Shown here piece by piece: positions 1-13,452 of a stretch of 61,001 nucleotides of DNA. Position 1 is the stretch's first letter. Each line of letters opens with the position of its first letter. Both the position numbers and the translations under genes were made by a program. This DNA comes from Phoronis australis (lineage: Eukaryota; Animalia; Phoronida), in the NCBI GenBank assembly GCA_002633005.1, contig NMRA01000547.1, positions 1 through 61,001 on the forward strand, given 5' to 3'. Under the pieces are notes generated by a model. That model did no database searches, was not told the origin of the DNA, and saw nothing but the letters and a program-made list of their open reading frames with translations.

Positions 1-743
1 TCACTTGTTACTGGATGTCATGCTTTCTGGGCTCAACTCTTGTTATTGTATGTTGTTTTTTTGTAATAAACATAAAAAACTGATTACTGGAGACTGTAGT
101 CCCTGTGGAACGATGTACACGTTTAAACTCTATGTATTTAAAATGACGTGAGGCGAATTTTGCTTTGAGTAGGAAGTTTTTATAACTAACGCTAAAAATT
201 TAAGTTATAGATTGAAGTGATGGTTATTGTCGTCAGCAACCCTTCTTGTTTTCATCCATTCCTGCAATGTTTGAGCAAATGAAGGCAAATTTCGTGGAGA
301 ATGCCAATCGCATTTGCATTTAAGCAGCCAGGAGTGAGCACAAAAAGAAAACTGGTAGTAGCCAAAAGTTAACTATTAGTAATCTGAGCTTAAATGCCAG
401 AGTAAGCTACTGACTCCTACCAGACATAGTAAGAGTGTATATTATTAATTATATTACCACAATTCTTGACCTATTTATATCCCCACAACACATATTTATA
501 TTGCCACATTACTTGACCTAATTCAGCATATTGCTTGTGAGTGCTTGACCTGTGATTGCTTTTGTCTTCACATGTTCAAACTGTAATAAGCAGCTGCAAC
601 TGATGCCATTAAGTTGTAGGTGCCTTAGGGAATGATTCTGATCAAGAGTTTGTTATGACATTCAAACTGACTCCCATGCATGTCTCTTCATGTTCCTAAA
701 GACTTGAGAGGTGTCACACTTGTTGTTCATTTGTTGTTTTCAG

Positions 744-803
744 CACCCTCGTTGAGCAGAAGTTGGCAGGCTGTGTACAAATCATCCCTAACATGATCTC
801 AGT
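744..803 (+). CDS. CUTA: Internal coding exon of a CutA (divalent cation tolerance) homolog
   Basis: Flanked by tttcAG and GTgagt; 60 bp, phase 2-2; translates (x)TLVEQKLAGCVQIIPNMIS(V), matching the CutA motif LVEKRLAACVNLIPQITSI. Confidence 0.7.
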
Positions 804-1053
804 GTGAGTCTCACATCATTTTTATGACTGAAAAGGCATTTTTGGATTTGTTAATTTAATTTTACTTTTTGAAGTTACGCATTATCTTTGAGTTGAGCTA
901 TGAAGCAATCTACACTACTGTGTTCTTGTGATTTCAATTTACGTATCACCTATTCTGGCCTTAAGCCAGTCAGACATTCACTGAAATTAAGATGATTCCT
1001 ATTATAATCAATTAAATAGACAGAGACATTCCATAAGCGCACAAAAAGATTAA

Positions 1054-1794
1054 GAGCAATTCCATATAAAAACCAGATGGTAGGCTATATATGCAAAATC
1101 ACCATTTTTTTGAAACTTAGCACATCAGCTGGCCTTGTCAAAAGAAACCTGAGCCTGATTTTTTAAGAGTTTCTAAGTTTTTTTTAACCCTTTTTATGAC
1201 CACTTTGTACTTTTTCTGAAAAATAGCAAATGAAAATACTGGGAACAAGGTGACTTTTTGTCAGCAACAACACATCATCGATTCAGGCTATTGAAAAAAT
1301 AACTATATAGCAGAAAGAAGAAAGAATAACACACAAGAAAAATTAGTTCGAATGTATTTATCGATTTTTCATGTCCTCCCATTTTAGCTTACAAAAATGT
1401 CATTTCCACTGCTTATTATTAAGGCCATTTTTACGCATTTTTATCGCTCTCCTAAATCTATATCGGATTCTTTTGGAACATGAGTTAACATCCATCTGTT
1501 ACTGCTGTCCTTGTTCAGCCCAATGCAAGAATAAAATATCTTCAGTCTCTTTCATAGTTTTGTGCGGTCATGTTTTTACACAACTCACATATTTTTCTGC
1601 CAATCTGTAACTGTCAGATTAAAAGTCTCTAGGACGCACTACACGATTGTGCAATTATCTATCGACCAAGATGCCAAATAGAACAAATATCATTCGTTTT
1701 GCTACATCAGTGACGAAGGAGATCTTGGGAAGCTGTATGAGAGATTTTTTCTTCGCGGATTTTCAGTTTTGCTGTTGCAAAAATAAAAATCTAA
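1054..1794. mobile_element. Possible end of a non-autonomous DNA transposon (TTAA then purine-purine start), abutting a Copia fragment
   Basis: TTAA at 1050-1053 followed by GAGCAATTCC; non-coding; abrupt junction with Copia sequence at 1795. No partner TIR found. Confidence 0.2.
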
Positions 1795-3450
1795 GTCTGT
1801 TGACCTCAAAAGTGTGAATGACCTGAAGATTAGATAACTGATACTACAGAAAGTGTTTTGATTACTGATGTGTTCAATCAAATGATGTAAAATTAGCTGA
1901 ACTAGAAAGTTGGAAACAAAACGATGTTTATAGTGAAGTGCCAGATGATCATGGTCAGAAACGGGTGTGGTTCCAAAGGCCTGATTAGTTGCTAGAGGTT
2001 TTAAAGAATTTCAAAATGACCTAAGCGGCACTTCACAGAATTGATATTTTCGGGAGAAATCAGTCACGTTGGAAAACGGGGGGAAATATGTCAGAGGTTG
2101 ATCGTGCTGTATTTTACAGGACAAATGATAGAAATGAGGTCTATGGTATACTCGCATGCCATGTTGATTTTGTATGGGGAGGTACAGAAGAGTTTGAGAC
2201 TGTTATTTCCACAATTAGATCAAATTTTAAGGTTGGCAAAGAGAATAGCGATGATAATAGGATAACTTTGCATAAGAATAAATATACAGACGATTTGTTG
2301 CAAATTGATGTTAGTGCTAGTAGAGCTAGTGAACAGGATTCTGTGCTGACGTGAGAATGAGAAGCATGCTCTTAGGTCCAAAGTTGGGCAATTGTTGTGG
2401 TTAGCGCACCAAAATAGACCAGACTTACTGTTTGATGTTAGTGCTGTGGCAAGCAATATTAAATGTTGTACTGTAAAAGACATATTGACGGTAAACTACT
2501 AGCGGATTGTTTTACAAAACATTCAGCATCCTCTCTTGTACTGTGAAAAGTGTTAGAGACAGTCATGTTAGAATTGTAGTTAGAACATTAATTAAAACTA
2601 TATTAGATAGTTTTTGGTATATGGATGATCTTAAGGAAAAGAGAGTGGAATTTGATAACTATATTGGAATGTATTTATATCCTGTAGTTACATAATATTC
2701 TATCCTGTTGTTGTTTATGGTTTATTGGTTCCTGTCTTGTAGTAGTCAGTACTGTATTCAGTAGTCACATATTCCTAGTACCTATTGACTTCCTGTACAT
2801 TTCAGTATATACATACTATTATTTGTTGATATGAATACACTTTTAGTTTGACAGCCAACTGGACAACTTGTCTTTATCTCCAATGACTGAGCTAAGTGAT
2901 CGACAGGTCTTATAAAGACAATACCTCCCTTCCCAGATATAGGTCAATGTTACATAGTTACAAAACCCTAAAAACATAAATCCAAAAACCTTCCCTAGCA
3001 TCCTGGTTCACAGGTGTGGGAAAGAATTTTTGTATATCCAGCCGGAAAAAATAGACAAATAGAAAAATAGCACAAACAGAGCACAGTTTGATCTGAGCTT
3101 CGAGTTTAATACAGAAAAGATATGTACCAAGGGTAAGTCAGAGCCACACCAGCGCAGAGGCACTATAAGTAACAGACAATAAAGCCTGCCAAGACTTGCC
3201 ATAATCAAATCCCTGTTACAGAGATAACAAAAAGGAAAAACAGGGTAAAAACAATAAGGCGCTGGTATTAACATCTAACATTGGCCAATGAGGATACTTA
3301 TATAGTCACTAGACACAAAGTACTGGGATGTAGTTACGCTGTAAATTTTCTCCATGGTTCTTCCTTGCTTTTCCGTACCTCCAACCAAATCATATCAGGA
3401 GCTTCCTTGATGCGAGTGAACATCTTCTGCTGCTTTTTCAAATCATAGGC
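1795..3450 (+). repeat. Near-identical copy of 5015-6671 (Copia 3' part, LTR and LINE segment), ending at an assembly N
   Basis: Matches 5015-6671 apart from small indels and SNPs; shares the same internal Copia deletions; stops at the N at 3451. Confidence 0.9.
2653..2865 (+). repeat. Copia 3' LTR (about 210 bp)
   Basis: Preceded by the purine tract aaggaaaagagagtggaa; TG...CA ends; homologous to 5886-6094 and 50509-50714. Confidence 0.7.
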
Positions 3451-3451
3451 N
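3451..3451. other. Assembly gap or ambiguous base (N)
   Basis: Single n; unrelated sequence on either side. Confidence 0.95.
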
Positions 3452-6094
3452 ACAAAAATTGACCTAAAGGAGAGCCGAGCGTCAATGTTAGGTCAAGATG
3501 TACCTATTAAACACACACCATGTGGACATATGTGTGTGAATATCAGCAGTGTACCACAGAAAGAAGAGACTGCAGAGGGTGAGTTTTTCTTCTCAGATGA
3601 TAAGAATTTGAGTGTTAATCAGAAGTCAAAGATGCTTATGAAATTACATTGTGAATTTGGACATGCAACTTGTGATAGAATTAAGCAATTGTTGAAGTGT
3701 GCAGACATCAATGATGAGAATGTGTTTACATTGTTGAATGACATAATCGAGAAATGTGAGACATGTCTAAAATTCAAGAAGCCAAGTCCTAGAGCAGTTG
3801 TTGGCTTGCCACTTGCAAGTGATTTTAATCAGACTGTGGCAACCGATTTGCACCAGTTCGGTCCAAATTTGTGGTATTTACACATCATTGATGAATTCAC
3901 ACGCTTTAGTTCTGGGTGTATAATGCGTTGTAAGAAAGCAAGTGTATTTGTTGACAATTTCATTAAGCACTGGATCTGTATTTTTGGGGCACCTCAACGA
4001 TTGTTCTATGATAGTGGGGGAGAGAATTCAATAATGATGAAGTTAGGGATATGGAAAAGAATTTTAACATAGAAGTACTGACCCTCTCGGCATATTCCCC
4101 CTGGTCTAATGGTACTCTAGGAGGAAACAACATGATGTTGACTGATATTCTGGAAAAATTGAGATCAAGTCATAATCTTGATTGGGAAACAGCATTGGCA
4201 TGGGCCTTAATGGCTAAAAATTCATTGCACAATACATATGGTTTTAGTCCGTATCAGCTGGTTTTCGGGAGAAGTCCAAATTTGCCATCAGCTTAGACTG
4301 ATAATCCCCCTGCATTGGAGGGCACAACCATGAGTGAAAAAGTTGGTAATCACATCAATGCAATGTATGCATCAAGAGCTGCTTTTGCTAAAGTGGAAAG
4401 TTCGGAAAAGATTAGAAGAGCGTTAAAGAAAGAAACACGATCAGTTACTAATTCTTGTGATACTGGGGAAAAAGTGTACTGCAAAAGAACTGGTTTTTTG
4501 AATGGAACGGTCCTGGCATTGTTATTGGAAGAGATGGCTCTACTATAATTATCAAACATGTGGATTCTATTATGAGAGTTAATGAAACCAGATTACAAAA
4601 AGCTATCCCTGAAGTTTCGGCTAATGAGGGTCATGGGAGTAAAAATGATGAGATTTCAGAAACATCCACCTGAGAATGTTTAGCAAATAATTATGAGGAT
4701 GATGATGATGAAATACCTGTTAGCAGTTTGCCTGAAGGAGAGGCAGGAAATAATCCTGAATCAGTGGGAACACATGAAACAGACTCTGATAACTCCAGTT
4801 CTGAGAATCAAATGAGCACCAATGGGGTTGACACAGCACCCAATGTCCCTTATCAGGTATTAAAATCAGGACAAATAATTACTTACAGGCACAGTGATGA
4901 CAACTATGCAATAGGAGCTGTGGTCATGAGCAGAGCTACTAAGGCTTCTGGTAAAAACAACAGCTGGTATAATTTAAACATTACAAGTCGGGATGAGTTA
5001 GAGGGAGCAACTTTGTCTGTTGACCTCAAAAGTGTGAATGACCTGAAGATTAGATAACTGATACTACAGAAAGTGTTTTGATTACTGATGTGTTCAATCA
5101 AATGATGTAAAATTAGCTGAACTAGAAAGTTGGAAACAAAACGATGTTTATAGTGAAGTGCCAGATGATCATGGTCAGAAACGGGTGTGGTTCCAAAGGC
5201 CTGATTAGTTGCTAGAGGTTTTAAAGAATTTCAAAATGACCTAAGCGGCACTTCACAGAATTGATATTTTCGGGTGAAATCAGTCACGTTGGAAAACGGG
5301 GGGAAATATGTCAGAGGTTGATCCTGCTGTATTTTACAGGACAAATGATAGAAATGAGGTTTATGGTATACTCGCATGCCATGTTGATTTTGTATGGGGA
5401 GGTACAGAAGAGTTTGAGACTGTTATTTCCACAATTAGATCAAATTTTAAAGTTGGCAAAGAGAATAGCGATGATAATAGGATAACTTTGCATAAGAATA
5501 AATATACAGACGATTTGTTGCAAATTGATGTTAGTGCTAGTAGAGCTAGTGAACAGGATTCTGCGCTGACTGAGAATGAGAAGCATGCTCTTAGGTCCAA
5601 AGTTGGGCAATTGTTGTGGTTAGCGCACCGAAATAGACCAGACTTACTGTTTGATGTTAGTGCTGTGGCAAGCAATATTAAATGTTGTACTGTAAAAGAC
5701 ATATTGACGGTAAACTACTAGCGGATTGTTTTACAAAACATTCAGCATCCTCTCTTGTACTGTGAAAAGTGTTAGAGACAGTCATGTTAGAATTGTAGTT
5801 AGAACATTAATTGTATACATGTTACTACAACTATATTAGATAGTTTTTGGTATATGGATGATCTTAAGGAAAAGAGAGTGGAATTTGATAACTATATTGG
5901 AATGTGTTTATATCCTGTAGTTACATAATATTCTATCCTGTTGTTGTTTATGGTTTATTGGTTCCTGTCTTGTAGTAGTCAGTACTGTATTAGTCATGTA
6001 TTCCTAGTACCTATTGACTTCCTGTACATTTCTGTGTATACATACTATTATTTGTTGATATGAATACACTTTTAGTTTGACAGCCAACTGGGCA
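3452..6094 (+). mobile_element. Degenerate, internally deleted Ty1/Copia LTR retrotransposon (GalEa-like), 5'-truncated
   Basis: Integrase zinc finger (LHCEFGH...CETC) and core (IIDEFTRFS, YSPWSNG) precede RT remnants (LVARGF, CHVD), the Copia domain order; 3' LTR at 5886-6094; collinear with 45982-50714. Confidence 0.85.
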
Positions 6095-8050
6095 ACTTGT
6101 CTTTATCTCCAATGACTGAGCTAAGTGATAGACAGGTCTTATAAAGACAATACCTCCCTTCCCAGATATAGGTCAATGTTACATAGTTACAAAACCCAAA
6201 AAACATAAATCCAAAAACCTTCCCTAGCATTCTGGTTCACAGGTGTGGGAAAGAATTTTTGTATATCCAGCCGGAAAAAATAGACAAATAGAAAAATAGC
6301 ACAACAGTTTGATCTGAGCTTCGAGTTTAATACAGAAAAGATATGTACCAAGGGTAAGTCAGAGCCACACCAGCGCAGAGGCACTATAAATAACAGACAA
6401 TAAAGCCTGCCAAGACTTGCCATAATCAAATCCCTGTTACAGAGATAACAAAAAGGAAAAACAGGGTAAAAACAATAAGGCGCTGGTATTAACATCTAAC
6501 ATTGGCCAATGAGGATACTTATATAGTCACTAGACACAAAGTACTGGGATGTAGTTACGCTGTAAATTTTCTCCATGGTTCTTCCTTGCTTTTCCGTACC
6601 TCCAACCAAATCATATCAGGAGCTTCCTTGATGCGAGTGAACATCTTCTGCTGCTTTTTCAAATCATAGGCAATGTGCGCCAGCTCTCCTCTCTTATACT
6701 TTATCAATGGCGGCTGCAGTGAGGTCGGTACGGTGTCATGTTTTTCCCCATGTGTGGGTGGGCGCATGAAGTTACAGACCGGTGCTAATAGTTTTCAGTG
6801 CGATGATTGACAGAAGACTGGTTCGAGTTAATCCTTTATTAATCCCGACCATGCGTTCACAAGCCTACTCAAACAAAACATCCAACGTAATGTCTGTATG
6901 CTCCAGCCAATGCTGCGAAGCCTTGACTTGTGATGAACTTCTGAGACACGTTCAGCAACTGTTACACTCGTTGATTCAATAACCTGCTGTCTCTATAGCT
7001 GGCTCTCTATTGATTGTCGCTGTAACTGCTGATTCTCTTCACTGCAACTCAACTGTAATTCTCCTAATTAACTTTCTTGAACTTCTGATGAACTGACTTG
7101 ATCTGACTAACACAAACCCGTGCTTTTGTATTTATAGCCTAATGCATTGTTCTGGAACTTTACATCAATTCAAGCACATTCTAGAACTTTCCTGAATCTA
7201 CCCAACCATTCTACAAACATGTACTAGTCTCTAGAATATTCCAGACTGCATTAATTACTGTCATGCTAGAGTCTTCTATAAAGTTGCCAATCAAACAGAA
7301 TAACAAAACAAAATACAACTAAAAATACTGTCAGACTATATTCTGACATACGGACGGCAAGACCCTTCTCTCTCAACTTTGATCCTGCAGCTAGAATGTT
7401 GTTTCGGTCACTCATCACCACAAATTTAACAATAATTGCTCTTGGAGCATCTGGTTTTCTGGACTGCTGAGGTTTCGGCAATCTGTGGCAGTTAGAAAAC
7501 ATGAGTGAGTTCACATAACTGTGCTTAAGTAGAAGTTTTTCTTCTATGAAGTCTTTGACTACCTGCTTTACATTTTCACTGGTTCTGTCACCAATGGGGT
7601 CATTTATACCATAGAACAAGACATTATATCTCCTAGACCTCCATTCATCATAAGCCAAACGTTTTTGCAAACTGTACACGTGGTCAAGCCTACGGAGGTT
7701 TGCCTCTTGAATGTTATTTTCCGCTGTGTCTAGTCTGTTAGAAATAAATTCTTGAGAGGTTTCTAAATCCAACATTCTATTCTCAACCTTAGAAAATCAA
7801 TCAGAGAACAATGCTTCCAAACGGGTAGTTGACTCGATAATTAGCGACTTCAATTCAGGCAAAGCTACCTTTCCCTCTGAATCTGAGCGCAGTTCCAGAG
7901 TGGAAACTGTCATGTCGGCCTCACAGTCACTGGCAATATCAACAATATTAGAGCTTTTACAGGATGAAGCGTTTTCCTCAGCATTCGTTTCTCTTGTATT
8001 GTGCTTTGTGAACGAAGTGCTTTTCGTTGACTCTTTCCCAGCATGTTTTT
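6095..8050 (-). pseudogene. LINE ORF1 (L1/Transposase_22-type coiled-coil plus RRM) remnant with downstream spacer, split by a solo LTR
   Basis: ORF 7266-7775 has RSRRYNVLFYGI, CHRL and PRAIIVKF motifs; after removing the LTR it continues GLAVRTDL, then (frameshift) KRGELAHIAY...W to 6555; an upstream in-frame segment has one premature TGA. Confidence 0.75.
6734..7348 (-). mobile_element. Gypsy solo LTR with 5-bp TSD TACGG
   Basis: TGTCA...TGACA ends; TACGG at 6729-6733 and 7349-7353; homologous to LTR 43207-43938, which adjoins a PPT and a Gypsy integrase. Confidence 0.93.
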
Positions 8051-8136
8051 CAAAATTTTTGGCAAAATTCCCAGGTGGACCGATTAGAACGCCTTCATAA
8101 GTTGAAACCAGAACCGGAAGTCCTTAGAATGACTTG

Positions 8137-9440
8137 GTTGACTGATAGGTGGACGCCAGAAAACATAATCGAAAACAGCAAAAATGGCCGCTAGGTGGCC
8201 CAAAGTACCTTGATTATATCCGAAAAAAGGGAGGATAGCATCATCTCACCAATAGAAGACCGTATTCAAAATTTTATGAAAATCTGTTGAGGACCTTTGA
8301 AGAAACAGAGATAAACGTAAAACTAAAATTGCCACCAGGGGGAATACCAGTAGTCAGATCCAAAATCATCGTTGTCCGTTGTCAACATCATATAAATACA
8401 CGTCTTAAATTTAATAAAGACCCTGCAAACGGTTTAGGAGATACAGCCATGGGCGCAAAAAAACTGCCACTAGGAGGCCCCAAAGCAGTCGAAGTCATCA
8501 GAAAATAGTCAGCCGTCCACTTCATAGTAAAAACATACATGCCAATTTTCACAATGATCCTGAAAGCGGTTTGGTTGATAGAGGGGCAGACGCCAAAAAA
8601 CACACTCGAAAACAGTAAAAATGGCCACTAGGTAGTGCAAACTAGGTCAAATCCATCTGAACAGGAAAAGACAGTGTCCCCTCACAAACAGAAGCCTGTA
8701 CGCCAAATTTTATGAGAATACGTTGAGGACCTTTGAAGATACAGAAGTAAACATCACAAACCACAAAGGTAAACGTGAAAAAATAAAATTGCCAATAGGT
8801 GGCACACTAGTTGTCAGATCTGTCCAAAAGTCGTCGTCCATGAACATCATATAAATGCACTTACTAAATTTAGTACAGATGCTGCAAACGGTTTAGAACA
8901 TATATCTATAGGCGCAAAAAAACAAAGCTGCCACCAGGAGGCGCCACAGCAGTCGAAGTCGTTGGAAAATCATCGTCAACCGTCCTCTTCATAGTAACAA
9001 CATACATGCCAATTTTCACAATAATGCTTAGAGCGGTTTGGTTGATACTGGGGTGGACGTCAAAAAAGCAGACACGAAAACAGTAAAAATGGCCACTAGG
9101 TAGTGCAAACTACGTCGAATCCATCTGAAAACTAAAGGATACCGTCGTCTCAATAATAAATGCCTATATACCAAATTTTAGGAAAATCCTTTGAGGACCT
9201 TTGAAGATACAGAGATAAACGTGAAAAAATAAAATTGCCACTAGGGGGCACACCGGTAGTTGGATCTGTCCAAAAGTTCGCTAATACCGTCCCATCCATG
9301 AAAGGAAAACATGTGCAAAATTTCATGAACATACGTCAATCAGTTTTGGAGATAGAGCAGCGGATGCCGGACGGACGCCGCCCAGACGGACGCAGATGAC
9401 ATCATAATGCGTCCACATATAAATATGTAGGCGCATAAAA
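8137..9440 (+). mobile_element. Helentron-type non-autonomous element (HINE-like) with internal 430-470-bp tandem units
   Basis: Unit starts near 8137, 8573 and 9040 (aaaatggccactaggt motif); GGAC-type microrepeats at about 9361-9395; 3' hairpin atgcgtccacatat...atatgtaggcgcat followed by AAAA. Confidence 0.6.
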
Positions 9441-11112
9441 ATTACCACTTTGTTGTACAGCGCTAGTCAGAACCGTCCAATAGGTAGCCGTATTCAAATT
9501 TACAATATCAGAGCTAATTCTTACAAAATTTCAAAAAAAAAATTTCAAAGGAGTAAGGAGATAGAATCGAGGAAACAAAAAAGACAAAAATCTCCATCAA
9601 ATGCAAGGGAAATGTAAAAATGGCCAATTTTTGTGAATAAGGTTGGAGATATCCTTAATTTGTGTTTATCTTGACAAAGGGACACTTCCCAAAGGGACAA
9701 TAGTTTTAAATACGTTTCATACCATTTTTTGTTATTTCATTTTTAATATTCCTGTCTACTTGTTTTTTTTACCGGGAACAGGTTGATAACTTTATATTTT
9801 ATTTTTAAACTTGAAGTACCAAAACAGAGGTAATTTTGAACACCAGCGAAACTTAATTAGTTTATTTAATTGAGAACCCATCCCTGAACTTTCCAGATTA
9901 CAGCTACACTACACATTTCACAGCAAACAAAACTACCCCTGTCATTGGTTCAAATTTAATATTTATTAGAACTAAACTTATAAAATGTATACAAAAGTGC
10001 AAATATGGTGATAGCCAAAGATATGGAATGTCAGAACAATTTTGGTTGCACTGACTTAACATAACTACTCTAGCTTTTGTCGGTCATCAAAAAAATGAAT
10101 AGTGGGCATAAGTTAAGTACAACTATTTTCTAGTCAAAGATCTGTTTAAATGAGATTGAAAGAATATTAAAACGATAATCCATGTGATATCGTTAACTCT
10201 GATCATTGTTTGTAAATCCACCGGGTATATCAATACACACAATTGTTAATCTTCAATTGTAACCAATATTTAGTTTTTAGATTATTAGTTTATCGATTTT
10301 TAAAAATCAAAAACTTGGTTGTTTTTTCCAACTGAGTACCACTGTGGTGTTCCTTTTTAATGAAAATTATTGGTTAATGCATTTTGAAAATTCACCAGTA
10401 TGTAGAGGCAGAGATGTTTACTACAGTTTATGGTTGAGTAATTACACTTAATTGGGTCTTGCTGGCACCCAACAATGTGGTCATCACAACTGTATCCCAC
10501 ACTGGCACCGCACTTTCTTTGATCCTGATAAAAGCAAGAAAATCCCGGCACACAAAACTATTTGCAAAAAACTCCAAATTTGACAAATTTCTCCCCGAAA
10601 TAACCATTTCCCTGCAAGTGCTAGAAAAAGTCTGACTACAGATTCAAAATGCTCGTCCTCACTAGATTCTAAATATGTGGTCATAGTAAGCCTCTCACCA
10701 GCTACTTTTTAGCAAATTTGATCCATCTGACAGCCACCTGAAATCGCACCCTGTTTCTCGGACAGCAGGCTTTAAGGATTGATAGCAAATGACAGCCACC
10801 AGTTTGCATCAAAAGTTGGTAAAACTTGGTTTTTCTCATTCAAAAACACAAGTAAATAAGTTTCCTGGCAATTGTTGTCAACAATTTCCTCAAACCACCC
10901 GCCAAGCTTGACACACGCCCTCAACATAAATTCTTGAGACTAGAAAATGCTCCGTGGCCGCGGCATGACTGTTCAGTGCTACCTACAGTCTTGAGTGACA
11001 ATAGGCAAAATTAACGATGACGATTGTGATGATGCTGGTGGCGATGATGGACAACATCGTAACATTCATACTACGAACTTAGATGTCATAAATTAGTAAG
11101 CAATAAGCTAGT

Positions 11113-12128
11113 CTTGTTCAAATAAACTAAAGCAACATCAATGCAGTAAGAGCGCTCAACAAAGGAACAGCGCAATCAGAAAATCTCAAATAATTCAAAA
11201 AGTAGACGTCCTAGCAAAAAATGAAAAACTTCTTCTGAAAGCCCGTTCCAAACTCTATCTGAATTGATAGTTTCACAACATACCATCATTTTTTCAAAAA
11301 AACTGAAATTTTACTTTTTTTTGAAATTCAAAGTCAAATAACTCGAAAACGTTAAGTATGAGAAAAGCGTTATCGCAGAACTTTTGAAAGAGCATACATC
11401 AAGGACTCCACATGCAAAAATTCACGACAATTACTCTTCCCGTTAAAAATGCAACAGCAGAACAATTGAAAATGGGTGAAAGTGCGCCAGAGCCGCCATC
11501 TTGAAAGTGACTTCCGGTTAAACAAAACTTTATCATGGCCAATCAAAAGAAATGAACACGTGACGAGATTGAAAGTGACTGGCTCGCCAATGCGCCATCT
11601 ACAGGAGAAAACGATTTCAGCCAGTTATCGAGGTGCGCATGAGCCATTGCCGATATTTCCACCATCTTTGACCGGAAGTTCAAGATTTATGACGCGGCTG
11701 TAGTGCTTGTGTGCTAAAAAAATCGTACCAATTTTCAGCCCTGCACGTCAAAAAATACGGCCTCTATGAGCAATGTCTTCATGGTCTTGTTCAATAGAAG
11801 TTAAACCAATATCAGTGCAGCAAGACCGGTCAACAAAGGAACAATGCTACCAGAAAATCTCGAATAATTCAAAAAGTAGACGTCCTAGCGAAAAATGGAA
11901 AATATCTTCTGAAAGCCCATTCAAAACCCTATTTAAATTGAAAGTTTCGCAACATTCCATAAATTTTTCAAAAAAATTGAAATTTTGCGGTTTTTTGGAA
12001 ATTCAAAATCAAATAACTCGAAAACAGTAAGTCTGAGAAAACCATTATCGCAGAACTTTTGAAAGAGCATACTTCGAGGAATCTACATGCAAAAATTCAC
12101 GTCATTTGCTCTTCCCGTTAAAAATGCC
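11113..12128 (+). repeat. Diverged direct repeat of about 340 bp (11113-11452 and 11787-12128), probably the internal array of a non-autonomous element
   Basis: Both copies share caacaaaggaac...aattcaaaaagtagacgtcctagc...ctcttcccgttaaaaatgc. Confidence 0.8.
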
Positions 12129-13031
12129 TTTTGACTGCTGGTGACATATAGTCAGTGGGCCAGATCTCATAGCGTTCATCCTTGTGAATTCTTTGGGGAG
12201 GGCAACCTAGTTTTTTCTACGTGGCTAGATAATATACCTATAAATCAAATTCCAAAAAGTTCCCACGTCTACATTTGCACATTTTTTTAAAAAAAGGTGC
12301 TTTTGTTGCACAAAATATGATGCACACTCCTGCCACTTGGTGGCGCTTTTCTACTGAATTGACCAATCAGAGAGCCAGATTGTATTGTTGAGCTTAAAAG
12401 GCACAGAACAGTTCTCACTTGATTTGTCACCTTTTCATCACTCTGTCAAAAACAGGATGCAAAGAATGACATGTTTTCAGTTATTTCACATAAAAAGCCC
12501 TACAGATGAGTGCAGAAACTTTATTCTCTCTTGTTTTTTTTGACCCTTTCTATCCCACTGAAAACCAAGCTAGATTAAGAAAAGTAGGGGTAAAAAATAG
12601 CAAAATCGGCACTTTTCACCCCAAAAACACCACTTCCCTGCCGATGCACAACTAAAACCAACAATAGATTCTGAAAGCACATTTCCTACAGATTCCGAAA
12701 ATATGGTCCAAAAGTACTGTCAACCAACTAGTTTTTTTTGGAAATTCTGGCTTGTTTGAGGGCTACCTAAAATCGCAGCCAATTTCTCTGTCGCTACCCA
12801 GCAATGCACAATTGCTACCGGGGGCCACTATCTTGAAGAAGAGTGCAGCTACAGCCAAGAAAGTGGCCTTTTTTAATTCTCAGCATGTTCACAAATGCAA
12901 ACAAACCACATTCACTGAGCCTACATGCAATGCCCAACTACAAAATGCCCCCAAACTTGGCCTACTCCAAAATTTTAATATTTTGGGAGTGCAAATTGGC
13001 CGCGGCTGCAGCCTAACTATTCAGTGCCACC
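12129..13031. mobile_element. TTAA-terminated non-coding module (X), probable Kolobok-type end
   Basis: Truncates the preceding repeat; ends ...GTGCCACC|TTAA, exactly at the TTAA that opens the transposase cassette. Confidence 0.4.
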
Positions 13032-13452
13032 TTAAATAAAACCACATTTTCCAAATTTTCTTCAGAATAGTTCCTCTCCACCTGCTGACCTATTTTGAAA
13101 AGTAAAAACTTGAAGCAATGACCGGTTTTGATTTTTAACTGGGATTTTTGAACTAGGGCCATTTAACAAACAAAGACACCAAATGCAATTTCTTGCTCTG
13201 TTTTGCACTAAACTGACTTTTGATTGAGGGAAATGGGGAAAATTGATAAATTAGCATATGAAAATAACAATAAAAGTTTAATTTAAGTTAATTTCCTGAC
13301 CCCACAAGTGGAACATGTTCTCACCAAGGCCCATTGTGTATAGGGGACATATTTATTAGAGTCGATTTGCATAACCACAAAAGTCATGAGAACAAGAAAT
13401 TTGGCAGCCAAGTTTCATTCACAACATAACTGTTGAGTGGTGAGCACACACA

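Noticed and set aside
5170-5730. Copia internal deletions interpreted as spliced introns
   Set aside because: The breakpoints examined do not show consistent GT-AG ends.
6095-6165. Minus-strand purine tract followed by TG, resembling a PPT and LTR start
   Set aside because: It lies downstream of a LINE ORF1 spacer, with no pol remnant or second LTR.
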